Below, in pieces: positions 1 through 11,395 of a DNA stretch of 64,000 bases. Below the pieces are notes generated by a model, which was not told the origin of the DNA, ran no database searches, and worked only from the letters and a program-made list of their open reading frames with translations. The stretch is from assembly GCF_009914755.1 (NCBI RefSeq), contig NC_060930.1. The stretch is one strand, 5' to 3'. Origin of the DNA: the human T2T-CHM13v2.0 reference genome, Homo sapiens. A program made the translations under genes and the position numbers. The stretch's first letter is position 1; every line of letters starts with the position of its first letter.

Positions 1-329
1 TAATAAATTCTGAGAGTCCCAGGTTAAAGTCTTGCCATGTTTGTTTGCTTGTTGCTTATTTATTTGGTTGCCATGTTTGTTTTGACTCTTTTTACTCTTG
101 GCAGATACTCAAGCAGTGAAAGATCTGCTTAAGCAGCCCAAAAGCTGCATAAATGCTTTAAATACACCTGATAAATGCTAGCTACACCTGGATTTTTTAC
201 TGAAGCAGTGAAAAAGATCTTTCGCTGCCTCAACCAGGTGACCAAGGTCAACATCCACAGCGTAAGTCATGTTCATGGTGTGCAGCCTTGATAAATGGGG
301 TAGCAACAACCCTTCACTTTGTGGTCTAC

Positions 330-765
330 CCTCCAAAGACCCAAAACCCCAGTCTAAACATGAGAAATACATCAGATAAATCCCTGCCGAGGATCATTCT
401 AAAACACACCTGACCAATGCTCCTCAAAACAGCCAAGGTTATCAAAAGCAAGAAAAGTCTGAGAAACTCACAGCCATGAGGGCCCAAGGAGACACAACGA
501 CTAAATGTTAAGTATGGAATCTTCGATGCGATTCTGGAGCAGAGAAAGGACATTGGTAAACTTTAAAGATATATGAATACAATATGGGCTTTAGTTAATA
601 ATAATTTAACAATATTGGTTCATTAATTTTAACAAAAATACCCCATTAAGATCAGATGTTAATACTAGGGAGCTTGGGTATGAGGTATATAGGAACTGTC
701 CATACTATTGTTCTAATTTTTCTGTAAATCAAAAACTATACAAAAAAGAAATTTATTTAAATAAT
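330..765 (+). mobile_element. Old L1M (L1MC-like) 3' UTR fragment
   Basis: Typical L1MC 3'-end motifs (CTCCTCAAAAC..CAAGGTTATCAAAA..AGTCTGAGAAACT; GTATATAGGAACT..TTTCTGTAAATC) ending in an A-rich tail; boundaries approximate. Confidence 0.65.
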
Positions 766-3700
766 TAATACACTAGTACTACTTAGAAAAAGGAAAGAAA
801 GGTTTTTATGTAAATTTTAATAGGGTAGTGCTGATGTTATGCTTGAACTTCAGAGATTCTCTTGTAAATTCTCTAGAGTTATGCTACCTTATACATTCTT
901 ATTGCTCACAGATTCTGGATATTTAAAAAAGAGAGAGAAATGGGGAGTGGATATTCCTTAGGGAATAAGAGGCCTTAAAATTGAATTTAGTGGCAAGATC
1001 AAATCTTTAAGACTAGGCTTCACTTTTTAAAATAGTGCAATAATTTTTATTATGCAATAACAAATGTTGTAAATATATGAAAAGGGAAAAAAAACCCAGT
1101 GCCCCTATATAGCATATCATCTATTTTCTTTTTTTATTCCATATTTCTTCCCACTCACTGCAATTATAATACTGATGAAATTGAGCATTCAGATTTTTAC
1201 ACTAAAATTTTATTGTAACATTTTTCTAGGTTATTTCGTATCTTAAAATTTTCACTTTAAAGTTCTGGATAATAGTCCACTGAGTGGTTATACCATAATT
1301 TAGCTGAACAATTCCCTACTGCTATTTTAAATAACCATTTCTACCACAGAAGAATCAAACTCTCCCCTACCCTTCCTGTGTCCCCAACTGAGAGCTGAGA
1401 TGTGACTATGGTACATTTATTCCTTGGAAAAACATGCAGTGTCTGAACTCTTGACCTGTACTGTACCTCCTGCCAGGGTCCCGGGAGGAGGTGTGCAGCT
1501 TTGAGGCTGCTCAGCAGTTTTTGGGCTGAAGAGTTTCTGCTCTGCCATTCTGGAGCTAGACCAGGCTTTGCCTTTCCCTTCCTAGGTTGTACAATGCTTC
1601 CCTCTAAAATCAAAGTTATCTGGCCTTAGGCATTTAAAATACATCCCCCTGCTCAAAAAAGAGAAGATGAAGTTTGCTGTTCTTAATTTTAGGCACTGCA
1701 TGTCTTAAAAGTGAAATCTTTTCATAGACAAGCACTCAACAAAGGGAATAATAACAGGTGAGGGAGGCAGAGCTGATCATCAATCATAAAGCTGCAGTGT
1801 CTGGAAAAGTGGAGGTCATGCATTATTTGTAAGATGTCATCACATTACGATCATCTCTGAAGCCTGTCAACTCCAGAGAAATAAATGCTAGCTGCACCTG
1901 GCCTTTACTCCTTGTGTGTACGTGTGTTTAAATCACAAGTGACTAAATGAGATTTGTTTTTCTTCTTAACGTCACTGCAGAAGTACAAGTTCAAGTTTGG
2001 TCTTGCCACAGTCAAAGAAAAGGAAGTGGATTTATCACAATTTTTTAAAAAGGTGTTCTATGGCAAAAAGCACAGGACAGCAGGGAGTTCACCCCAAAAT
2101 GTGTAAGAGCACCCTTCACCAACTCATAAAAATGGTCACTGCATTGGCAGAACTTACGTTAGGAAGATGAAAAGCATGAGTAATGTTCTTGTCAAAAAGG
2201 GAAGTTCTGGACTATTCCATACAAACAGGCAATAGAAAGAGGCTGGAGCCGTGCTGATCAGCCTCATGAATAAACATTTGTGAGGTCAGGCCCAGTGTGG
2301 AGACAGACAGGTCCTTTCTTTGTGAACTGGAGTTGACACATCCAGCCCCATGGCTCATCCCAAGAAAGAATGGAAGCGCCCAGAAAACTGAGATGAAGCA
2401 GATATGTCCCATAGGTCACCTCTGACCCACCTCGGTGACGATGACTGAGAGGCACACAGGGAACCGTGTGTCATGTGGGCAGACAGGCCCATGATCTGCT
2501 ACCCTGGGTCAGGCTTTTACATCTTGTGCAACACTCCTGGATGAGGGGCCTACAATATATTGGGGCCTTTTTACAGTTACACACAAAAATAGCTTTTATT
2601 TTTTTTGAGTTGGCCTAATGTACTTCCAGTAGGAATCCCTTGTATGTCCATAGGCCTCAATCCATCATTTGAGAATTTAAAGTCTTGAAAATCTCATGCA
2701 TCCTTTTCCCCCTGTAATTTTTGTCCTTGTCATATTTTCCTGTTTTCAGATTATTGCTGTCTTTTTAAAATGCTGGTAACATTTCTATGTTTAAGAGAAT
2801 AAAAAGCAGATGACTTATAATTCATTTTGTGCAGTTAGTTGGTCTTGTACTCCCAAACCTTCTCTTCTTCCATAGGAAATCAATCTGGTGTTCAAGAACC
2901 TGCTTGATTCATAGTCTAACTCAAACTTTAGTCAAATCCAGTGAATCAGGCTCCAAAGCAGGTTTAGCAATGTGGAAAAGGCTGCATTTTTATTTAACTT
3001 TTCAGAAAAATTAGTTAGTGAGTTCCCAGGGCACTGCGCCTACTTTATCCATCTTTGTGTTACTCATAGGGCCTAGCTGAGATCCTTGCCTACAATAGGA
3101 GGTCAGTGGTGTCTATTAAATGTGTTGAATAAGGTAGACAAAGAAAAGGAGATAAGTTAAGAAGCAAATATAAAGAAGGTTAAAAACAGAAATCCAACAC
3201 AATGTTTTTAAAGGTGGGTCCTCATGACTCCCTCTCGTCCCATGCTCTGTGGGGGCTGGGGGCTGGCTGCAGGGTACGGGGAGCCTGACACTCCTACCAC
3301 AGACTCCACTTCCTGTTTCTGACTACCTGGGCTGGGTGCAGGGTGCTGGGAAGGAGGGCAAGGCTTAGGGGTTGGGAGTCAGATAAAGCAGGACTAAGGA
3401 GTTGTGTGAATACAGGAAGAGCCCTCTGATCACAAGTCAGCTTCAGGGCATCAGCCTTTGGAAGGTGATGATGACATTGCCAGGTGGAAGCAACCTTGCA
3501 CCAGGGCACACACCTTGCCTGAGGAGGCTGGGCGGGCTTTGAGCCCATGTGTCTACTCTGAAGGGCTTCTTTATATGGTGTTCAATGGCACAATCATGTG
3601 TGACAGACCGTCTAGGCCTCATGTTAGAATGTGTCCAATAACAAAGGATGGAAGTTGGAGGGAAGTCAGGCAGTTATGGCAGTCAACACCAACCGCTCAC

Positions 3701-4064
3701 GCAGAGGACCCTGCTCAGCTAAACAGGTTGCTTCGAGTGTCACTTAATGAGCAAGTTCACCCAAAAGAGCCCTCACAGGGAGCTACACCTGAGCCTGCTG
3801 AGCCAGTATTCTGTCTTCTAAAGTACCAAGTGGTCCTAAGTTCAGAGACTGGAAGCAGGTACCCAAGACCCTTAGTTCTACTGGGACACAGAGCTCTCAC
3901 CCCATGTGGGTCAAGTGGGTGCAGTGTGAAATGTGAGTTTTTCCTCCTTTACTGAAGGGCTAGATGGTTTTCCAGCAGCATTTCTTCAGGTCGAGAACCT
4001 ACTGACTCCCCACCAAACAGGCATTGTTGACTTCCCTGGAGAGTGGGTATTAAGTAGGAAGGCA

Positions 4065-4364
4065 GCCCGGGTGCGGTGGCTCACACCTATAATCCTAGCA
4101 CTTTGAGAGGCCAAGGTAAGCGGATCACCTGAGGTCAGGAGTTCGAGACCAACCTGGCCAACATGGTGAAACCCCATCTCTATTAAAAAATACAAAAATT
4201 AGCTGGGCGTGGTACCACATGCCTGTAATCCCAGCTACTACTCCGAAGGCTGAGGCAGGAGAATCACTCGAACCCAGGAGGCAGAGTCTGCAGTCAGCCG
4301 AGATCACGCCACTGCACTGCAGCCTGGGTGACAAAAGCCAAGATTGAGACTCCATTTCAAAAAA
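4065..4364 (+). mobile_element. Alu (AluS)
   Basis: Full dimeric Alu; TSD AAGTA(G/C)GAAGGCA at 4052-4064 and 4363-4375. Confidence 0.95.
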
Positions 4365-5250
4365 GTACGAAGGCAGTGGGGTTGATGCATTGCAAGGACA
4401 AGATTCTGAGGAGAGGACTCTTCTAGCAGCGAAATGTCCTGCTCATATGCTGACCCATGCCTTCAGCCTTACACACAAGACAACTTGTCCAGGAAGCCCA
4501 AGGGATTCTAATGATAATTCATCTTGTAGCAACTCCCTGAGGGCTCCTCTGAACTGTGCCTGCAGCGCAGTGGATCTAGATGCTGAGTGGAAAGGCACTC
4601 CACTTAGGGATATACTGACTGCCCAGTGGCTGCCACCCTAACTCAGCCATTTGTATTTAGAGCTTGCTCTTAGCTCTTGGCTATTGCTGAGCCATTTGGC
4701 ACAGACATATTGACAGACACTTCTATTAGCTGTTTAAAGTGACACATGTACTCACCACTGGCTATTTGACAGGGGAGAAGCAAATATGGCATGTGGAAGT
4801 GGAAACACTCTCAGATCAAATTTAAATCTACAGTATTTACTGAGCAAGTACTCCTATTTTGGGAATTTGGAGAAATTCTGGGTTTTTGAGCTTTAACTAA
4901 AAGCCGTAGGAAGGAGAGAAGTTAGCACCCCTGCACCCCCCCACCCCAGGCCCCATTCTTCCATCTCTATTGTGCCTGTCACACCTTTGGGGTGTGGACA
5001 CTGCATGGCTCCTGCTGGGCAGTTGCACTCACATCTATCCATATAACCTAGACTTGGGACTTTTCAAATAAACATGTCAGAGGAGGCTAAACTCTATTAA
5101 TAGTGGAAGACAACTTATTTCTTTGAACATAGGGCTGTGAGCTATTAATCAAGATGAAGAATCTCATATTCTTTTTTTAAAAAAGCTGTGATTGAGACTA
5201 CAACACACTCCATAATCAATGTCTTTGTCTGGAGTAGAGCTCTAAGTATT

Positions 5251-6343
5251 CTCTTTTTTTTTAGTATTTTATTTTATTTTTCCATAAGTTATTGGGGTAC
5301 AGGTGGTATTTGATTACATGAGTAAGTTCTTTAGTGGTGATCTGTGAGATCCTGGTGCACCCATCACTCGAGCAGTATACACTGCACTGTATTAGTTGTC
5401 TTTTATCCCTCGCCCCACTCCCACTCTTTCCCCCAAGTCCCCAAAGTCCATTGTATCATTCTTATGCCTTTGCATCCTCATAGCTTAGCTCCCACTTATC
5501 AGTGAGAACATACAATGTTTGGTTTTCCATTCCTGAGTTACTTCACTTAGAATAATAGTCTCCAATCTCATCCAGATCATTGCAAATGCTGTTAATTCAT
5601 TCCTTTTTATGTCTGCTTAGTATTCCGTCATATGTATATATACCACAGTTTCTTTATCCACTAGTTGATCAATAGGCATTTGGGTTGGTTCCATGATTTT
5701 GCAATTGCGAATTGTGCTGTTATAAACATGCGTGTGCAAGTATCTTTTTCGAATAATGACTTCTTTTCCTCTGGGTAGATACCCAGTAGTGGGATTGCTG
5801 GATCAAATGGTAGTTCTACTTTCAGTTCTTTAAGGAATCTCCACATTGTTTTCCATAGTGGCTGTACTAGTTTACATTTCCACCAGCAGTGTAGAAGTGT
5901 TCCCTGTTCACCACATCCACGCCAACATCTACCGTTTCCTGATTGTTTGATTATGGCCATTCTTGCAGGAGTAAGGTGATAGCACATTGTGATTTTGATT
6001 TGCATTTCCCTGATCATTAGTGATGTTGAGGATTTTTTCATATGTTTGTTGGCCATTTGTATATCTTCTTTTGAGAATTGTCTATTCATGTCCTTAGTCT
6101 ACTTTTTGATGGGATTGTTTATTTCTTACTGATTTGAGTTCGTTGTAAATTCTAGATATTAGTCCTTTGTCAGATGTATAGATTGCGAAGATTTTCTCCC
6201 ACTCTGTGGGTTGTCTGTTTACTCTGCTGACTGTTCCTTTTGCCGTGCAAAAACTTTTTAGCTTAATTAGGTCCCAGCTATACTAGACATTGGCTTAGGC
6301 AAGGATTTCGTGACCAAAAACCCAAAAGCAAATGCAATAAAAT
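5251..6343 (-). mobile_element. 5'-truncated L1PB-like LINE-1 with a 5' inversion (inverted piece 6281-6343)
   Basis: ORF 5661-6089 is the L1 ORF2p C-terminus ([15 protein letters not shown]...). L1PB-type 3' UTR and T-tract at the left end. TAAGTATT flanks at 5243-5250 and 6345-6352. Confidence 0.9.
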
Positions 6344-6659
6344 GTAAGTATTTCTGTTAGCTGTTCATCTCTTTAACTTCTCTTTCGTGAAGGCACAGTG
6401 ATGGTGCATAGCAGGTGCTTGTTTGAGTTTGGGTTCCTCTGAAAGCAGGGTTAGGATACAGGTTTGCAGGCAGGCAGTTTATTTAGAGATGTGCATCTAC
6501 TGTATACTGGGTGTTTTTGCTTATCTCATCTCATTCAGTGTTCACAACAACATAGAAAGGATAACAATGACAGGCAAACTTCAAATGACACTTCTAAGCA
6601 GCTCACAGATACTCACTCCAACAATAACATTATGCAGTAATGTAACCGCAGTAACCACC

Positions 6660-6800
6660 AACAATATTGAGTACCCTCACTTAATAAAGACACAGAGAGG
6701 TTAGGAAACTGCCTAAGCTTTCGCAGCCAGTAAATGGCATGGTCAAGACCAAATCCAGGCAATCTGGCATCAGAGTTTTTGCTCTTAGCTGCAAAGCTCT
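6660..6800 (-). mobile_element. MIR fragment
   Basis: ACAGAGAGGTTAGGAAACTGCCTAAG...GCCAGTAAATGGCA...CCAGGCAATCTGGC, MIR core. Confidence 0.65.
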
Positions 6801-7925
6801 ACTGCCTCTGAATTATGGACTACTAGGTTTGTTTTATCGATGAAGAAACTGAGGCTCAGTGTACCATATATATTTGCATTAACTGTCTGGCCACAGACTC
6901 TTCTATCAAGCACTCCTAGTGTCCTGGTGGCCTGTGGGGTCATACTTTGTGTCACATGGTCCTGTCCCTCCCTCCCTGTCCTCTTCATCGGGACTTAGGT
7001 GATTAGAGGAGAGGTAAAAGGAAAAAGCAGCCATATGCTGCTAGCAACTTTTGATTTATGGAATGGTATTAAAAACAAAGTGACCTGAGCCAGTAATCAT
7101 ATCTCTTAGAAAAACTGAAAAGGGACAAGGACAATTTTAATTAAAGAGAAGTCAGAGAGGTAATTAGAGCAGACAGAGGGAATGGACCAGAGCCACATTA
7201 ATCACAAAATGGTAGTTTCACAAGCCCCAGGGGCCTCTAGTGTTGTCCTGAATCCAGTATAGCTCCAGTCCCAGGCTCACCAAGACCCAGAAGCACTTTG
7301 TTTTCTGTTCCTGGTTTTCCCTGAGATTTGCCTTCATGTGAATCTCTACGTAAACTCTCTTGATCTGAACTCTCTGCTCCTTATTACCAAGCTCCACATC
7401 AAAACCACTATGTAGTTAGTAGTGGAACCACATTTATCTGACTCAAAGTCCATGGACTTTCACAGCCTTCCATCTGGACCAAGGAGAACAGTGCGTCTAG
7501 CCTGATATTTTGTGATTATAGTCCCAGGTGCATTTGAAAGTGGAAAGGGGCCAAGGTGGATGGGATGTGCAGCCAAGTTTAACAAATGCTAAGTGGACAC
7601 AGCACATTATCGGTAACACAAGTATCTTAACACAGGAGAAACACTAAAGGTGAAGAGAGTTTCCTTGAAGTGAGGGTCCCTTTACCCTGGGCTCAGACTG
7701 GAGGAGCTCTGCTCAAGGAGTACTTGTGGGTCATCTCAAGTCTTGGAGAAAGTGAGTATGGCAATATTTCAAAATAATATAAGTATGGCAAGCTTTCAGC
7801 CTTGTCTACTCCCTTATTGCAATAAAAACAAAATTTGGTGTTATTCCTTAACTTCCTATATTCCTAAAAAAAACCACATAAATTTTTCTGCTTATAATAG
7901 CAATGTGTGTTTGTTGTATTCCTAA

Positions 7926-8289
<364 letters not shown>

Positions 8290-9053
8290 TAAATTTTAAT
8301 TATATTTCTTATTATTTTTCCATTCATTTTCTTTGGATTTTTAATTGTTTTATATCACCTCTAATCTGTCATTTGTTATTACTTTATAAAATGACAGGAG
8401 GGAACCATAGTTGGAAAGAGGCCAATTGTAAACACAGTCCTCTCAAGTATCCCATGAAGAGAACTATTCTACAGGAGTGATATTTCTCCTTCCTATTGAT
8501 TCTTCTAACATTAGTCCTTAGAAAAAGGTACAATATAATCATATATAAGCTTTATAGCCAGATTTGCAGAGTTCGGCATTCAATCTTTCTGCCTCCGACT
8601 TGTCTGTGACTGGTCTGATTAGCTCCTTCCAGAAAAGTTACAGGAGAACAACTTGAACTATTACGGTTGTTGTAAGTGCAGGATTTCTTATAAAACTAAA
8701 TGTACACTCAACCAAATAAGCCAGAAACCCACTTCTAATCTTACCCAAGAAAAATGAAAACTATGTTCACACAAAAAACCTAAACATAAATATTTAGGGC
8801 AGCTTTATATGTAAGTGCTAAAAACTAGGAATAATCCAAGTATCCTCTAACTAGTGACTAGATGCACACACTGTGATAGACCCATGCAATGGACCACTGG
8901 AAAACAATAGAAAGAAAGAATTGCTGGTACAGGAGACAACATGGAGGAAGCTCACAGGTGCACTATACTAAGTGAAAGAAGCTAGACTCAAAAGACTACA
9001 TACTCTATGATTCCATTTAGATGATATTTGGGACAAGAAAGCAGATCAGTGGT

Positions 9054-9382
9054 TGTTGGGGTGATCAGACCCAACACCAGGTCGTGGGGGCAACAAAGTC
9101 TGGCGGAGTTAAAGGAATCAGACAGTTTGAGAAAGTGGGACCAGGGGGCCATCGCGAGTGTGGAGGCTGCGAAGGCCCCGAGCTCTGGGAGCCCACGCTA
9201 TTTATTGGTGCTCAAACAGGTGGTGAGGATGTGGGGGTTAAAAGGAAACAGTGTATCAAGTGAATGAGAAATATACAGCTGCTTGAGATAATGGGAGTGC
9301 TAGAAGCAAGGAGCCAGCAAGTCTAGCAGGTATGGAAGCCCCACCTCAGCTTCTCTCCCAACACTCAGCTTTTCTCCCAACA
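9054..9382 (-). mobile_element. 3' LTR (LTR14A-like, 329 bp)
   Basis: Direct repeat of 13324-13669; minus strand begins TGTTGGGAGAAAAGCTGAG and contains AATAAA; preceded by the PPT. Confidence 0.9.
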
Positions 9383-9401
9383 TGCCCCCCTTCTCTTTTT
9401 T
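9383..9401 (-). other. Retroviral polypurine tract
   Basis: Minus strand AAAAAAGAGAAGGGGGGCA directly abutting the 3' LTR. Confidence 0.9.
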
Positions 9402-9512
9402 GTAAAAACCACCACAGCTATCATTATTATTAGCATAAGGTGGCCTCTTTTTAAAAATTAATTGAGCAAGGCAGTTGCAGGCTGTGCAGCCCTTAATTGC
9501 CAGTTGGTGATC

Positions 9513-9745
9513 CAGCTTCATTTTTCTTAGTCCTTATTCCAAATGGAGTTGCTCTGGTTTGAATGCTTCCTACATATCTCCCCTTTCCCTTTCACAAGAG
9601 GACCCTTAATCCTAGGGGTTGCAGAAGGATGAAGGTCCATCTTCTGCAACTTCTTCATGCTAAATAGGGGTGATGATACTCCTGCCTACCTATTGGGGTC
9701 TCTTGTATTCACGGTAGAGAGCAGTTCAGTCAGAAAGCATTGGTC
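9513..9745 (-). mobile_element. MER41/MER4-group (class I ERV) internal 3' end + PPT + start of U3, embedded in the HERV-K env region
   Basis: 9513-9679 aligns colinearly with 19229-19395 (MER41B U3 start/PPT/internal) in this same window. Extension to about 9745 rests on recalled consensus. Confidence 0.7.
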
Positions 9746-10125
9746 CATTAAGCATCTATAGGTAAAACTTTGGTGCTCCAGCAGTTTCTCAGCGTGGCTC
9801 ATACTGGGGAACCTCATCCATGGTTGGGATCCACGAGTCCTTCTAGTCTCCTGTTCCATGGTTGTACACATCTTGAGGGCACCTACACAGTTTATCTCCT
9901 GCAAAAACACAAGCATACCCTCACCCCATTTTAGTAACTCTACTAAAACAGAAGCAAAAACTTTTGTGGCTGTAGCCAGGAGGCATGCCATTGCTGAAGC
10001 ATTTGTAACTTCTGCCTCTTTGGTTAATTACCGTAGGGTAAAACTTAGCACTGATAATGAGAAACAGGCTTTTTTCTGATTAATAGAAGGCATAGAGAAA
10101 GCAAATTGAGGCTTAAGAGCAATCC

Positions 10126-10630
10126 TTAAACCTTCAATTTGCACTGTACAGGTGGGTCCACTAGATGCTGTGCCTCATGATAGATCTTCAGATGTTTGGT
10201 GGGCACCCACACAGGCACCTGATTGTCACCTGGAGAGACACAAACAAATCCTCTTCCCCAGAAAATTATCTTTCCTTTTTCCCAGCTCTTTGTATGTGCA
10301 TCCCTCCACCATATATCTTGTCCAGCCTTTTTATTTTCCTTTTGTCCTGTCAGGTGTTGTTCAGCTGCAGTCATGGGTTGAAACACAGCATTAACGGCCC
10401 TTAAATCTGTTAACATTCTCCATTTTCCTGATTTTTTTTCTTAATGACAAATACAGGAGAATACCAAAGGGAGAAAGTAGGCTCTGTATGTCCCTTTTGC
10501 AATTATTCCTGCACCAATTCTTGTAAAGCCTCCAGTTTTTCCTGTTTCAGCAGCCATTGCTCCACCTAAACTGGTTTGGCAGTTAGCCAAACAAGAGGAA
10601 TGGGAGCCAGAGGCTCAACAATGGCTGCTC
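10126..10630 (-). pseudogene. pol: HERV-K pol remnant: RT N-terminus fused to the integrase C-terminus
   Basis: ...SPVFVIKKK(fs)...[15 protein letters not shown] joined directly to TAAEQHLTG...WWRD...[19 protein letters not shown]...PVWVP; stop codons upstream. Confidence 0.9.
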
Positions 10631-11395
10631 CTAAAAATGACAGCCCAATCCAGTCTGATCTGTTTGCCCTTTTAATTCTAAAGGTTCTGATTGGCCCTTT
10701 TTATCTTTTCCTAGTCCTTTTCCCATATTTCTTATCATTTGTCTACTATTATTACTATATTGATCCATAGGAATAGATATTTCAGCACCCCATTGTTGCA
10801 ATAGGTCTCTACCCCATAAATTAACAGGAATAGGTGTAATGATAGGTTGGATTGTCCCTTCCTGACCATCCGGCCCTTAACATGGTAAAATCAAGGAACT
10901 CTGAAAAACTTCCTAGGCAGCTCCTACTCCAACAATACCAATGGATGCCTTTTGCTTAGGCCAGTGCTGGGGCCATTGATTTATAGCAATAATAGAGACA
11001 TCAGCTTCAGTATCTACTAGTCCTTCAAAATCTTTTCCCTGAATAGCTACTGTGCAAATAGGTCTTTTGTCCGACACCTGATTAACCCAATACACAGCCT
11101 TTCCTGCTGGATTAGTATTACCAAAGCCTCCTGTTCTTTTCACTGTGCTGCTTCCTAGTTTTAGGTAAGGTAACAGCAACAACTGAGCAATTCTTTCTCC
11201 TGGGGAGGCAGACCATGGAGTCGAGGAACTAATAACTAATTGAATTTCTCCGGTATAATCACAGTCAATTATTCTCATATGTACAGTGACACCTTTTAAA
11301 TTTAGACTAGACCTTCCACGTAATAGATCGACTGTTCCTGAGGGTAAGGGTCCCCTAACTCCTGTGTGGACCTTCTTTGGTGGCTCCCCAGGAAG
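10631..11395 (-). pseudogene. pro: HERV-K pro remnant: dUTPase (N-truncated) + aspartic protease + G-patch
   Basis: LPGEPPKKVHTG...GRSSLNLKG...IIDCDYTGEIQLVISS...KRTGGFGNT (dUTPase); LVDTEADVS (DTG mutated to DTE); NLWGRDLLQQWG; MGKGLGK G-patch; internal stop at 10913. Confidence 0.9.

Noticed and set aside
3458-3955. 165-aa ORF in unique DNA
   Set aside because: Non-ATG start, no recognisable domain or convincing splice context; chance ORF is plausible in 64 kb
5661-6089. 142-aa L1 ORF2 C-terminal ORF as a functional CDS
   Set aside because: Fragment of a 1.1-kb truncated L1 with no promoter, EN or RT domain
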